Origin: Octopus sinensis
Taxonomy: Eukaryota
DNA length: 64,000 bases
Reading direction: 5' to 3'
Assembly (NCBI RefSeq): GCF_006345805.1
Contig: NC_043011.1
Coordinates: 30,392,464 to 30,456,463, forward strand
The position numbers and the translations under genes were made by a program. Under the pieces are notes generated by a model. The model worked only from the letters and a program-made list of their open reading frames with translations. It had not been told where the DNA came from and ran no database searches. Below, one piece after another: positions 37,312-51,499 of the stretch. Each line of letters opens with the position of its first letter. The stretch's first letter is position 1.

Positions 37312-37663
37312 ATATATTGACATACATATATGTTTATATATATGTGTGCATATATTTCATATATATATGTATATGTCTATGTATGTATGTGTATACGGTT
37401 GTGTTTGTTCCACACCATTACTTGACAAGCGTTGATGGTTTGTTTACGTCACTGTAATATAGCAGTTAGGAAAAAGACTTATAGAATAAGCACCTGATTT
37501 TATTATTTTAAGCATTTACTGGGGTCGATTTTTTCGACTAAACCCTTCAAAATAGTGCCCCAGCATGGCCGTAGTCCCATAGCTGAAACAAATAAAGGAT
37601 AAAATTTTACCAGTGTATTACTATCATTGTGGTTAATTACTATTATTATTACTACTATAGTAA

Positions 37664-37875
37664 AGGCGGCGAACTGGCAGACTCGTTAGCACGCCGGGAT
37701 AAATGCTTAGCAATATTTCGGCCGTCGCTACGTTCTGAGTTCAAATTCCGCTGAGGTCGACTGTTGCTTTCATCCTTTCAGGATCGATAAATTAAGTACC
37801 AGTTGAATACTGGTGCCCATGTACTCACAAATCCTCTCCCACAAAATGGCTGCCCTTGTGACAAAATTTGAAACC
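37664..37875 (+). mobile_element. SINE family C
   Basis: GGCGGCGAACTGGCAGACTCGTTAGCACGCCGG. Confidence 0.85.
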
Positions 37876-37924
37876 ATTATTAACTACTATGGCTAGTTAT
37901 TAGATATTACTATGGATAAAATAT

Positions 37925-38123
37925 TGATTTTAAATTTTGGAACACGGCCAGTAAGTGTGGGGGACGGGTTATGTCGATTACATCGACCCCCAGTGTTCAA
38001 TTGGTACTTATTTTATTGACTCCCGAAAGATAAAAGGAAAAGTCGACCCCAGTGGGATTTGAACTCACAACACGAACGCAATGCCACTAAACATTTTGCG
38101 CAGCTTGCTAATGATTCTGCCAG
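37925..38123 (-). mobile_element. SINE family C, inverted relative to the previous copy
   Basis: GTCGATTACATCGACCCCCAGTG...AAAGTCGACCC..GGATTTGAACTC. Confidence 0.8.
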
Positions 38124-38569
38124 TAATACGATGTATTACTAATCAGTTATTACTGTGATTAATCACTAATGTGGTTAATTATTACTATGGTTAATTACTA
38201 CTATGTTTAATTATTACTATTGTTACCACTATGGCCAGTTATTTCTGTGGATACTTATTTCTTTGGTTAATTATTACTGTGTTTCATTACTGGTATGGTT
38301 ATTACTATTTTTAGTTGTTGCTCTGCTTGCTGTTCGTGTCCATCACTATACGTTAGCAATTTCTTAGCAATCATTTATATTTAGCTTCACTTATATTGCT
38401 AATGACTTTCGGAAATACCTCGAACTAACAACATTACAAATTCCCATTTGAAACCCTTTCAATGTCAACATTCATTTAAAGAAGTAGCAACACTTAATAC
38501 TCATTCTAGTCTCCCCTTCTTCCTCCTAACCTCTCCCGTGTTTTCATCTTCCTCCACCCACACGTCGTT

Positions 38570-38965
38570 TTCTCATCTCCTCCTCCTCCTCCTCATTGTT
38601 TTGTCATCATCATCGCCATCATGAGTCTGACGATGATGCTCAACCCTCTTTGTCTTCGTCGTCCTCATCCTTATCATTATTATCGTTGTAGTTGTTGTGG
38701 TGGTCGTCGTCGTCGTCGCCGTTGTCATCACCATCGTCATTATAAGTCAGATAATGATTATCCTCTTCATCTTCTCCATTCTCATCTTACTCGTCATCGT
38801 GGTCGTCGTTGTCGTCGTCACCATCGTGCTCGTGAATCTGAAGACAACGCTGACCATCGTCATGTTGATGCTTATTCTCTGTCATAATCACAATGATATT
38901 ATTCACCATAGCTATAACAATAACCATGTTCCTACCATTCCCAAAATAATCATCATCATCGTTAT
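38570..38965. repeat. Low-complexity (CAT/CGT/CTT)n trinucleotide mosaic
   Basis: Direct reading. Confidence 0.85.
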
Positions 38966-39399
38966 CAAACAATTTAATTGTATCTGCTTAAAGCATAAAA
39001 AAGCGTTCATTCATAAAAAAAAAACTGAAGCAGAATAAAGATGACGTTGAAAGAATCCTAAGTAATTGTTGCCAAGACCATAGTGAATGGTAAGAGCTGA
39101 TATTAAATTCAAATTTCCATATATAATATAATGCAAAGAATTCAAATCTTCATACATAATATATTATCATATAATATATAACATGATATATTGTAAAATC
39201 TATTTATTAAGTTATGATCGCATTGTTTGAAAGAAAAAAAAATGATGGAAAAATTAGACGGATCTGCCAAGTTTTCCATAGATAGACAGATTATCAATTA
39301 TTTCTTCGTATCTTGATAGTAATTGATGTTAAACAAATGTGCATTATATAGAGGCATTGTAAAGTATGCAAAGTGCTTCACTGCTGTAGTAGCAGACTT

Positions 39400-39630
39400 T
39401 GCTGTTGTTTAACCCCAGGCCAAACTCGATCGAGCAAACCTATGATCAAAGACATTCCAGACGTTATCATGTCGTTTTTTTCAACGTTGCCAAGATGCCT
39501 GAAATACATTAAGTAAAAGGTGTTGCATTTTCTTCTTTCTTTAAAAGCCAGAAGAGTTCGGTTTAAAGGAGATTTGACTGCTATATCTAGTATGTCGAGT
39601 GAACATACAGATGCCTCCCTTGCCAGCTCA
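39400..39630 (+). mobile_element. Interspersed repeat family E (probable SINE part)
   Basis: TTGTTTAACCCCAGG..GATCGAGCAAACCTATGATCAAAGACATTCCAG; related pieces at about 41600 (+) and 45880-45955 (-). Confidence 0.5.
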
Positions 39631-39940
39631 TACAATACGAAATAGTGAGATATATTTATATCCTCTGCAGATAATCATTCATGTTTGAAGGTCGAAACTT
39701 ATTTCATTATTTAAATATATTCCCATATCATTTAATTGATTTGTTCTTTTCTTAGAATTTGATTCTTCGTTCACCATCTCCATCTCTTCTTCCACCACGA
39801 TCACACCAACCATCTCTTTTCCCTCCCTGCCTCCTTCTCCTCTCCTCTTCATCATCATCATCAACATCGTAGACGTTAGCACTGCATAATAAGAGCATTG
39901 CCAAACTTCTTAGAGTCATTCTATATTTACTGCATTGCTG

Positions 39941-40070
<130 letters not shown>

Positions 40071-40074
40071 TAGG

Positions 40075-40250
40075 GGGAGAATTCATAAAAAAGCAAAATA
40101 CGAAGACAGGTGGTGTAGAAAACAAACAGATGTATTAGTTTAACGCTCGGGAATTGAAAAAGTATTTAACGTTTCGAGCCTACACTCTTCCACAGAAAGG
40201 AACACGGAAAGAAACAAGGAGAGAAAAAATGTGTGTAGTGGCTAGTAATA
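40075..40250 (-). mobile_element. PLE pseudo-LTR-like fragment with variant HHR
   Basis: Minus CTTT-CTGTGGA-A-GAGT(GTAG)GCTC-GAAA-CG-TT; homologous to 37101-37200. Confidence 0.5.
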
Positions 40251-40302
40251 TATCATGGCGAAGATAGGTGTCTATCTATCTATCATATCTTTCTATCTGT
40301 CA

Positions 40303-40444
<142 letters not shown>

Positions 40445-40599
40445 TTGTCTGCCTGTATGTCTGTGTAATTGTTTGGTCCACCGTTAACTGGTAAAATTGT
40501 AAGAACTTGGGGAAACAAGATCGGCTGAAACACTGTTTCCATGAAGGAATTGTCGAATAACCAGAACCAGAACCCGAAGGAGAATTAAATACATGTGTA

Positions 40600-41230
40600 A
40601 TAGATAAAAAAGAAAGGTATGCATATTTTAGTGTCCGCCAAAGTGATTATCCATTATTCATAACTTCTTGTAACACAGAAATATCGATGGTTTAAAAAAC
40701 CAGGCTCATGGTATTCCAGATTTAAGTCATGAATAAGAACATGAGCTCATTGAGCTTCATAGGTAGGTGAGTGGTGCATGAAAAGAAAATCATTTTGAAT
40801 TTGTACTAACAGCAAATATGAGTGAAGTTCCTCCGATATTTGAAGTAAGAAAAGAAGATACAAATCTGTGGCCGTTGACATATGTGGTCAAGAGAAGACA
40901 CAGTTGTTTTAAATTGATGCAACGATAGCACAAAATTGCCAGTTTTTCTAATTTATAACTGGAGAATATTGTTTAAAGTAAGCATACCCAATGTACATGT
41001 AAAAGATTGGATTGGAAATCGGGGAAGGAAACTGTAGAAATGCAAAGTCTGGCCCAGGGTCATCATGGTTTATTAAATATAGCTATTTTATAAGTTTGTT
41101 ATACGTTTCTGGATCATATGGCTAAATTTGAAAAAAGGAAATAGGGATAAAATTCAGTTAGCTATAATACCAGGTCTAACCAGTCACTTGCAGCATTTTG
41201 ATATCTCAAAAATAAATGATTGCAAGGCTG
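40600..41230 (+). mobile_element. pogo-family (DDE_1) transposase, heavily degraded
   Basis: Across frameshifts: ANMSEVPPIF (cf. NMDEVP), KSVAVDICGQEKT, VVLN*CNDSTKLP (cf. TVVL.C.ADGTKLP), LAIIPGLTSHLQHFDIS (cf. IPGGLTS.LQPLD). Confidence 0.75.
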
Positions 41231-41553
41231 CATGAAGGTGGAATGTAACAAGGGGATGCAAGAAAAATATTGCTTTTACACAGGTTATGTACAGGGACAA
41301 TAATTTAATGGAATAACACATGTACAAAATATGTGTTACACACAAAACCACTCTTAAATCATTTCCATTAGATGATGGAATACTCTAAAACTGCTTTTTT
41401 TTTCTTTGAAAAATAACCTTCGTAATTAGGGACGCGCCCTCTATGCAGAAGTGGGTCTTATACATATCCATAAATACGGTAATTGAAGTTTAATAGATCG
41501 GCAAAGATTGGTAAATTCTGGCTGAGAGCTAGTACCATTTTGAAATTGGAAGG

Positions 41554-41587
<34 letters not shown>

Positions 41588-41799
41588 GTGGTTGTTGTTG
41601 TTTGGTTTTACATCAGCACTGATTAAGGATACCTAGGGTTTAAATGTATTCCAATCAGGATCATCTCATTTTCAGGACCGGAACCAATGAAAAAGTGAAG
41701 TGATGAGTGGATGCAGAGACACATCATACTCGGACCCAAGAATTTCCCTGTATTTAGAAACTGGTTATATATAAATTAAATTAGAGTTTCTTGGGTAAA

Positions 41800-42480
41800 A
41801 ACAAAAATCCAGTCCTTCGTTTGGCTTCTTGGAGGACTCGACCTCATTTCCTGTTGTGGATGAGAATATTGAAGTTGTTGACCGCTTCACTTATCTCGGC
41901 AGGGATTCGTAGCGGCATTATCTGCGAGTCTGAAGTCCTAAAAAGACTAGGATGAGCTGGTGCAGTCGTGGACTCATTAGTCAAGCGTGTTTGGCGTTGC
42001 CAATATCTGTGCAGGGGGACAAAGGTCTGGGTCTTTAGATCCTTGGTTCTCCTTGTCTTGTTCTATAGTTGCGAAACTTGGACACTGCCTGGGGCCCTCA
42101 GGAACCGCCTGAACTCCTTCAGTACCATGACACTCCGCAGGATTATGGGTTATCATTAATCGGATTTCGTATCCAACTAACGGCCCTACTCAGAAACTGA
42201 GATGCACCCTCTGTTAAGTATATGATTTAGAAGCGCCGGTTCTGACTGTTTTTGTCATGATGCTCGATTTTCCGAGTTAGATCTTGCCTACCGTGTTATT
42301 TTCACCGAGGATCAGGATGGGTTGACGGCTCGTGCTGGTTGAGCACATGCAACGTGGCCTCGGCAGATGAGTTAGCATCTTGCAGAGACGCGGACTAACT
42401 GGGCCTGTACTTGACATGTCACCCGGCAGAGACCGGGAATATACCGACAAATGATGACTGCAGCAATGCACTGCAACGGT
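41800..42480 (+). mobile_element. RTE-clade LINE 3' fragment (RT end)
   Basis: ENIEVVDRFTYLG; SLVKRVWRCQYLCRGTKVWVFRSLVLLVLFYSCETWTL...RLNSFSTMTLRRIMGYH. Confidence 0.8.
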
Positions 42481-43035
42481 GTATGCTTCTGCATCTGACC
42501 TGACTTGACGAAATGTAGTGTGCATGGCTAAATGTGTTAAATTTTAAAGTGCTCCTTAGATTCAGTTGGGTATCTGCAGATATCGCGGTTATGAGGATTG
42601 CTCCAATAAACTTTCACTTTTTTCTTTTTGTTAAAGTAACAAAATATTTGGTGTTTCGTCACCAATTTTTCTTCGTTGGATAATTTTAAAGCGACGTTTA
42701 AATAAATTGTTGATATAAAAGTATGTGAGTCACTCCTAAATGTTGTATGCAGAATAAATTTAATAGCGTTATTTTTTTATTTGCCAGCCAAGCGTGTATT
42801 AATGTAATGTATGGCTTTTGAATTTTAAAAGAAAAAAATAAAGGAAGAAAAAGAACTTGACTCAAAATACAAAAACCAGGTTTATGGACGACGTCACTTT
42901 ATTACAATACGTGTCAAAGGAAGTCGTAACCAAATTCCACAAATATGTATATGTCAATGTATGTGTGTGTGTGTGTATATATATATATGTGTGTGTGTGT
43001 ACGTGTGAGTGTGTGTATGTCAATATGTGTGTGTG

Positions 43036-43115
<80 letters not shown>

Positions 43116-43149
43116 TGTATGTATGTATACACACGCACATACATTGGAT

Positions 43150-44200
43150 TGAGTCATAAATAGTTTTCTGTTTTGTTAAACACCTCTTATGAAAAATTTT
43201 TTACAAAGAATTAGTTTAATTGTCATTATATTTGCTATTATTTTGAATGACCTCTTACAATTTATCATGTAGCTTTTTGATTCCTCTCGAGTAAAATTCA
43301 CCTAGCTTCCTCATGAAGAAGTTTTCTACATACATTTTCACCTGGTCTTCTTGAAGAAATTTTTTTCTCCATCAGAGCATTTTGTAGAGAGCGAAAAAGA
43401 TAGAAATCAATTGGTGCAAGATCTGGTAAACATGGTGGATGGGGTAGAACAGACCAGCCCAAATCCAATATTTTAGCTTGCGTGATTCTTGCTGAATGTA
43501 GTCTTATGATATCATAAAGAAGCACAACGTTTCTCCTATTGACGAGTGCAGGGCAGTTTCTTAAAAGATTTTCATGCAGACGTTGCACCTGTTGAAAGTA
43601 TAAGTTGGCATTAAGTGTTCGATAGCGGTTTAAAAACTCAAAATGAACAATACTGCAATGATTCCATACACACGCAACATAACCTACGTCCAATGGATCT
43701 CAGCCTTTGAGGGAGGTTGTGGAGATTTATCTTTGTCTGAGTATAGACCCATTTTTCATCACCTGTAATCACTATTCAGAAGCAGGTAATTTCTCTGCCT
43801 TGAAAACAAAATTGTCTCTATGGACATGCGATCTTCTCCATTCTTCTCACTAACAGTATGGGGGACCAATTCTTGCTGAATCTTCCTATTTTTCCAACTG
43901 ACGACAGATAGTGGATAGGATGTGTTAAGATCAATTGCTAATTGCTGAGTATTTTTATGAGAATTGAATTCCACTAACTTAAAATTTCTTGATCGAAGTC
44001 TGATGAGCGTCATGGTCTGAGCTGTCTCTCAATTACAAATCTCCGGAACAAAACTTTGAAAACCAATTTCGCACTTGCCGTTCAGAAATGACACCTTGGC
44101 TATAAACACTGCATATTCTCTTTGCTGCTTCTGCTGCTTTTTTTCCCTACATTCTTAAACTGCCACACTTTCAGCTCATCCATTTAAAAGGAAACATAAT
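43150..44200 (-). mobile_element. mariner (DD34D) transposase, degraded
   Basis: VHFEFL...TLNANLY.QQ..RL; NVVLLYD..RLH.A..T..KI..LGW.VLPHPP..PDLAP.DFYLFRSLQN; N-terminal remnants at 43760-44185. Confidence 0.85.
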
Positions 44201-44425
44201 ATCAAAATATGATGTGCATGCTTTCACTGCTTAAATATGAATGACAGATGGGACTCTTTTAAAAACGGTAGCTTCCATTTCAATTTTAAGCACCTGAAGT
44301 TCGAAACGCATCGTTACAGTTTACTTAAAAAAAAAGGAAATTATTTATGACTTGACTAATATATTAATATGCATGTATATACATATATAATATGCATTCG
44401 TGCATATATATGTTTGTATACGTTC

Positions 44426-44480
<55 letters not shown>

Positions 44481-44572
44481 TATATAAATATTCGTATGTT
44501 GTATATATATTATTATATATATATATATTATATATATATATATATATTTGTATTATGTGCTATCTGAGTATA

Positions 44573-44630
44573 TTCCACTGATGAAGGCAGAGCATTTCTT
44601 ATGCAGAGCCAGAAATCCGGGACCTGGAAT
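44573..44630 (+). ncRNA. Degenerate type I HHR motif
   Basis: TTCCA-CTGATGA-AGGC..GCC-AGAAA-TCCGGGA-CC-TGGAA; cleavage-site U appears replaced by C. Confidence 0.45.
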
Positions 44631-45108
44631 TATCCAGTAATTTCTTTGCTAGTTTATTTTGTCCCTGGTGCTGTATGAACATTTAATGTGGTTTTAGAGT
44701 CAAGTTTTGGCTGCTATTTCCAGCGTGGCAGTATCTCTTAGATACTCTAAATTATAATTTTAATAATAATTATTACCTTTGAAGGTTTTTATTCCCATGC
44801 TGGCTACTTGATAATATCGGTGTTTAAATAACGATCTTAACCTTATTTATATAAATATATATTATGTGTATGTAACTGCGTGCATGTGCGCATGTATGTA
44901 TGTACGTACGTATGTATGTATACATGTATCTATACACGTACGTATGTATGTGTGAGTGTGTTTCTGTATGGATGTGTGTTTTAGTGTGTGTGCATTACAT
45001 GGGCTGACCTGGCTTCCAGATGACCGTAAAATGGTCGGTAATCATCGCCTTTATTAATAAAGCTAACTGGATAAACAGAAAGCTAAGTAGGTAGTTAGGT
45101 AGGTAGAT

Positions 45109-45186
<78 letters not shown>

Positions 45187-46607
45187 CAGATAGATAGATA
45201 GATGAATAGAGAAAAAGGATAATGTGGGAGATAGGGCGTTTTGCCAACGAAGACAGATACACTCTTGTCTTCTTCACTCTTTAAACAATCAACATACTCC
45301 AAGACAAGTTTGACAACTGACAACAGACAGAACTTGACCCTACTTAAGTCACCTTAATCAGATCCCAACAGGTTTTAGTTCTTCCTATTCACACGGAAGA
45401 CAATGCCAATGAAATATACTTAGCGCAACCGTGTGTAAAATGCATAAAATTATGTGGCGGAGATGTGTTAATTATATTCGTCGTTCTGAATTGGTCTTTC
45501 GAGCAAACAAACATTCAATACATAAATACATTATATTAACATCATTCGAATATGGAAACTACCATTTCTTTGATTTACCACTCAATACATACAAGCATAC
45601 ATACATACATACATACATACATACATACATACATACATACATACATACAGACATACATACATACATACATACATACAGACATACATACATACATACATAC
45701 ATACATACATACATACATACATAAATACAGACAGGCAGAAATATATATACTTACATACATACATGCATACATGCAAACAGACCGACAGATATACAACTTA
45801 CACAATGCCGTTTAAAAACAAATCGGAAGTGTACATTGCCGAATAGTCCCAGATAATTTATTTATTAGATAACAAGGGCTGTGACGGTCAAGAACGTCTT
45901 TGATGATATGTCTATTCGATCAGCGCTGACCTGCGGCTGAACTAAACCTACAAATTATATAACTAGCTGAACAGGACAAGTGAACGTTAAGTGTCTTGAT
46001 CTGGTGATGGGACATGAACTGGTGACCCAGACCTTTGAAACTTTCTCTTCCACATAAATATTTTCAGTTAATGTGTGTTATGGAAAATTTTCCCTCAATA
46101 ACTTTGTTTTGTTTTTTAGTGTCACCCATAGTTCATGTGTGTACGTCCAAAAAAGACGAGCGAGTTATGTACAGGCAGCCACGTGTTGTCTCTATCTATA
46201 ATACCTATGAATAATAAAGGCGCGCAATTTACTAAGATACATACTCGCACGCACACACACGCACACGGGCACACACAGATACACAGATAACACAAAACCA
46301 CATACACAGACACTTATATATACTAGAGAAACAGTTACAACGAAAGTTCTGCAAAGTGTAGGCCTGGGAAAGACTGTTTTTTTTTTGTGTAAGACAAGTA
46401 GATACGCATGCATGCAATTTCATCCACAACCGATATGTCAAAGAGGATTCTACTTAGAACTCCAACACCTCTACCAATCTACCGCACTGGATAATTATTC
46501 TTTTTATTGATGGCTAAAAGATGATAGAAAAAGTTGGTCAGTGGTGTTCGAACTCACAGAACAGAGGAGATGAACAAGTACCACAAGTCATCCTCTCTCT
46601 CTCTTGC

Positions 46608-46711
<104 letters not shown>

Positions 46712-47083
46712 TGTGTGTGTATGTGTGTGTGTGTGTGAAAATTGCCAGGAGATTTGCTCCATGTTACTTAACAGATATGATTTATTACATGATTCTTACC
46801 ATTAAGAATTTAAAGGAGTAAGACAACTAAAAAGTGATAGCGTATGTAACTACCGAGCAATTTTTTGTTTCTTTGTTCTTGTGATTCATCAGACATAGAA
46901 CGGCTGAGTCCATGACCCCTAATAGTTTTCAGGGTCCTTGAAACTGCTGGGTGTTAGAGAGAAAGTTATGTTAGGCACAGGAAACGGGAAAAGTTTATTC
47001 TTGTACATTAATTGATGTATTCAAACCAATCAACGTGATATAGTGGTGATACTATCCATTCATCTATCCATCTAGCGAGCCAG

Positions 47084-47134
<51 letters not shown>

Positions 47135-47365
47135 GGTGTTTAGATATCTCAGTTACTTCATTTGTTACTGTTTTAATGGGATGGATTGTTTCAAATATTG
47201 CCCACGGTATGATTTGAACTCAGAGCGCAAAGAACTGAAACAAATCCTTTTGTTCGACAGCTTAACTAATCCGCCAATATGCTTACAATATGCTTTTTGT
47301 TTTATCGACTCCTGATTCGTTGCACAATATTTTATCGACTTCTGATTAATTGTAAGATGTTTTAA

Positions 47366-47567
47366 CTTTTTGCCTGTCCAAAGCAATTCCATGCATGTTT
47401 TCGGACTTTTAGTTTCATTCGTTCTGAGAAATGTTAAATTTACCTTTCATAAGTCCAAAATTACACTAGTGGTTGAAAAAATAATTGGGAACGTATATCA
47501 TATGATGCATGGACGCTAGGGAAATATGTCCTGTATATCACATGCAATACACGGGACAAGCAAAGGG
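47366..47567. mobile_element. piggyBac-type MITE
   Basis: TTAA|CTTTTTGCCTGTCC ... GGGACAAGCAAAGGG|TTAA: TTAA target duplication and imperfect TIR. Confidence 0.65.
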
Positions 47568-47974
47568 TTAAAGGAATGGGACAAACATTTTTTTAAGGAC
47601 ACGTGCAAAATTAATTTTAGTCCATAGAAAATACATTTTATATTTCCATACAGCCATACAAAAAAATTGTTCAAATTAGTTCCAATATACTTCATTAATA
47701 ATTTAGCATGACATTCAGTAGGAATTTTAATATTAAAAATAAAATTTGCGTGTTCCTAGTAACCCAAAGGTAGTAAACAATGCAGATTACGAATAGTTGA
47801 AATTTATTTTCCAAACAATTTTCTTTTTTTCATTTTGTGTACATAACAAAATCGTAATGAATGCAATTGCAATTTATGATTAGTCTGATTTCATAAAAAT
47901 ACTCATACTTATATTTAGAATAAAATAAAACGGTCATATAGCCTATGACCTTGGAAATATGTGTCCCCATGGAG

Positions 47975-48285
47975 GAAACATTTTACGTGCGACCGTGTGG
48001 TTAAGGATGTCGTTTTGCAAACATACGATTTCGAGTTCAGTCTCACTGCGCGGTATCTTGGGCAAGTGTCTTCTACTAATGCCTTGTGAGTGATTATAGT
48101 AGATGGAAGTTGTGTGGAAACCTGACATATGTATGTCTATGTGTGATGTGTGTATGTCTTTGTCGTTGTGTCTGTTCCACCACCATCGCCTGTTGGTTTC
48201 ATTACGTCTCCGTAACGTAGCAGATCGGAAAAAGGGGCAGATGAAATAATACCAGACTTAAAGCATGAGTACTGGGTCGATTTTC
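47975..48285 (+). mobile_element. SINE family B, diverged
   Basis: CGTGTGGTTAAG...GAGTTCAGTCTCACTGCGCGGTATCTTGGGCAAGTGTCTTCTACTA. Confidence 0.75.
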
Positions 48286-48311
48286 ACTAAACAAAAGTTT
48301 ATCAGGAATCA

Positions 48312-48545
48312 AATTTAAATAAACAGAAAATGGAGAAAAATTTCTATGACATAACAATTCTTACGGCCGTTTCCGCTTCCGTTGCCAGTCGGTGCTTACG
48401 AAAGAATGACGAAAATAATATTCGTCATCTTCATAGGACATTTGATCTAGTAGATGGAGCAATGTCGAATGTCCTATGAAGATGAGGATGTGGTCCAATT
48501 TGTTTGTTTGCTGATCAAAAGTTTCCTCCATTTTCTGATTATTTA
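48312..48545. mobile_element. Putative MITE with TIRs and an internal 17-bp inverted repeat
   Basis: AAATAAACAGAAAATGGAG / CTCCATTTTCTGATTATTT; CATCTTCATAGGACATT / AATGTCCTATGAAGATG. Confidence 0.5.
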
Positions 48546-48569
48546 ATATATATATATATATCTTGACTA

Positions 48570-48770
48570 ACGCGGGTGTTACGTTCCAAAAGCCCGCGCG
48601 ATAGGTGAAAATCTGCGAAGTAGAAATAATACTGTATATATTTTTTCAATTATTTCTATAATTTGTATATATTCATTTTATTATAAATGCTAAACAACAC
48701 CACGGAGAAATCGGCGTAAACTTAAATAATAAACCGCGATAGGTGAACCGCGATATGGTGAGGTGTTACT
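48570..48770 (-). mobile_element. pogo/Tigger-type MITE, same family as 10644-10860
   Basis: GTTACGTTCC...CGCGATAGGTGAAAATC; GGTGAACCGCGATA. Confidence 0.7.
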
Positions 48771-49613
48771 CTGTGTGTGTGTGTGTGGTGTGTGTGTGTG
48801 TGTATTCAGGACACTTTATTAATGTGTTCTTGATCAGAGTTGATCTGGGACAAAGCAACAGAATAAATAAAGTTACAACTGGAAAAGTTCAATTTTTAAA
48901 AAATACAAAAATAAGAAAATTCGCCAAAATCAAATACACAGCAAAAAAAAAAAAAAAGAATAAGATTCACGTGATTATGAAAATTTTTTCATTATTTTAT
49001 TATTTTTTTTTAGAGAGAGAGAATTTAAGTAACACTTTGTTTCATCATTATTTCATCACCGGTTGCACGTGAAAGTATACCTGTAAGAAACTATTTTATA
49101 CTGAAAATAGCAAACAAAAACAAGAAAAAATGCAAAAACAAAAGTAGGCCAGTTCGAAAACTCATTAAAACAGTACATCACGTGATATCGACATCTGACT
49201 GGTTTTTACAATATTTTTTCTTTCCTCGACAGAATAAAAAAAAAACTAAAATCATTCTGATGAACATTAAAAGAAAAAAACAAGTAACAAAAATAACATT
49301 AAAAAATCGCATAAAAAAAGAAAAGCAATAATTAAAGTAGCAACAGTAACAATAACGACTATTACTGTAGAGGGAGTATATCACAGTAAGACAAGAGAAT
49401 ACGTGGGAATTTTGAAATGTCTCCAACCCGAATGAACAATTCTCATAAACGTAGTAATGTTCTCTTTTAATTAGATGCTTCTTTGACATGGCTGATGTCT
49501 CGTGTATGTAAAACGTGTTAAAAACTATATACACGCACATATTCACGCAATAAGGGAAACGATAACATAGATGTGTGTTCGTGGATGTGAATGTACCTAC
49601 GTATGAGTATATA

Positions 49614-49651
<38 letters not shown>

Positions 49652-50515
49652 TGTGTGTGTGTTTGCTTTTGTAATTCTATATCTGTAGGTATCTTTGTAT
49701 GTATTTGTATGTGTCCCCGTGTTTGTTGGTTTATCCAGTCGCTTTCTTTTACCCTCTCTAGATCATTATGTTAATTACATATATACACACGTGTATACAT
49801 CATTTTTCTTTATTAATGATTTTATATCTTCTCACTTCAGTGCAGCTTTTTTCTCATCATTAATGCTCCTAGTTGCATCATGGTTTCAAGGTCTTCCCAG
49901 TTTTAACATCTGTACGAATTGGGTGTTGTTGCCGTGATTATTTCCGTGAGTTGATCGTAGGTCGCAATCATGGGTTTGATGTTTAGTTAATGATGTCATT
50001 ATCGCCGTGTATGAACTTTGAACAACTGACTTCTGTTTCTTTTCAGCAATAAGGGAGTGGCTATTAATTATTTTATGTTTTGTTCTAAGTGACAGAAGAA
50101 TGTTTAATAGCATGACCTTTTTGCAGGGCCTCGAATACTAATGGTAGTAAAATGTGGAAGTCACCAATGACTCTCCTCAGATTAATGACCTTCCCCGAAT
50201 TCCTAAATAAGTTGGATTCCCCAAAAGAAAATCAAGGCTCAGATAGTTTGACTAAGTAGGTGATGGATTGAATGTATCATTCAACAATGACATTAAGCCA
50301 TCCAGTAAATGACACTGGAATGCAATATCAGTGTATTCATTTTTGTCTTGAGTTGGAATATTAATACAGATTCTATTGGGTGATATTCAGGTTATTATTG
50401 TTATTGAGCAAGGAAGCAGTGCATACCATCAAATTGACACTGGGGTAAAATATACGAAGCCCAGTATGTTCGATGAACATAAAACGTTTAGTAACAACGA
50501 AAATAATAATACATA

Positions 50516-50655
50516 ATAAACTAGAAAAGCACTCGGAGAGCGCAGACCTCCGCCAAGCGGCTCATTTCCACCCATATACACGCATGCTGAAAATCGCCTA
50601 ATCTCCCAAACCAATGCCGGCAAAAACATAACCTCCTTGGCGGGGGTTAAAAAAA
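50516..50655 (+). mobile_element. Helentron-type non-autonomous element (HINE-like); a second 3' end lies at about 50930-51000
   Basis: CTAGAAAAGCACTCGGAGAGCGCAGACCTCCGCCAAG ... AAAACATAACCTCCTTGGCGG: subterminal inverted repeat plus 3' stem-loop. Confidence 0.6.
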
Positions 50656-51171
50656 TAACAGTCATATGGGTCTAAAAAAAACCCCTAACCCTAAGCCTAA
50701 CCGTATGAAACTAAACCTACCTACCTGCCTACTTTTCATTCCTCTGTGGTCAGTATAGTATCAATCATCCCTCAAGGGTCCAGCATCAGTTGTTGCTACC
50801 ACTGCCTCTTCCTCTGCTGCTGCTTTTAGCAACCCTTGAATATGTTAGTGTCATTTAATTTCTGAACTGTTTCGCTGCCGTTTGTTTCTGTTGTTTGATC
50901 TCTTTATCCATTCAGCGGTTCTTGAGATATCTTGTCCACGGACAAACAAACAAACACGACTGAAAACAATACCTCCGCCTTCGCTAAAGTGGAAGTAATA
51001 AAGAGAAGGAACATAAAATTTAAGTGAAAAGAAAAATTGAGCAACATCTCTTAAGAGCTTGCATGAATACTTTAGTTCCACTTTTATTTACGCATTAGTT
51101 TATTACCAAATTACACGCGAAAGTATACATGCGATAAAATATTTCAAAAAGATAATAATATTAATTCTTTA

Positions 51172-51330
51172 TAGTATAGGCACAAGGCCCGAAAATTTGC
51201 TAGAGAGACAAGTCGGTTACATCGATTCCAGTTCTCCTGGAACTTATTTCATCAACTTCGTAAGGATGAAAACAAAGTCGACTTCGATGGAATTTGAGCG
51301 TTAAGAGGTACGAAATGTCGCTGAATCTTT
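51172..51330 (-). mobile_element. SINE family C, diverged
   Basis: AGGATGAAAACAAAGTCGACTTCGATGGAATTTGA. Confidence 0.65.
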
Positions 51331-51499
51331 GTGGTTATCGTCACTGTCTACAATTTTGTTCTAATTGTTTTCAAATTCGGTATGTAGATTAGGTTTTGTA
51401 CACTAATTATGAAAATGAAGGGACATATGCATAGCATACAAAGGTTAAAAAAAGTAGGGAACGATAGAGGTGTAGCCCTCCTGATACAGGAACGCTTCT

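Noticed and set aside
50684-50702. CCTAACCCTAAGCCTAACC telomere-like tract
   Set aside because: Only about 3 imperfect units next to Helentron-type elements, which often carry such motifs
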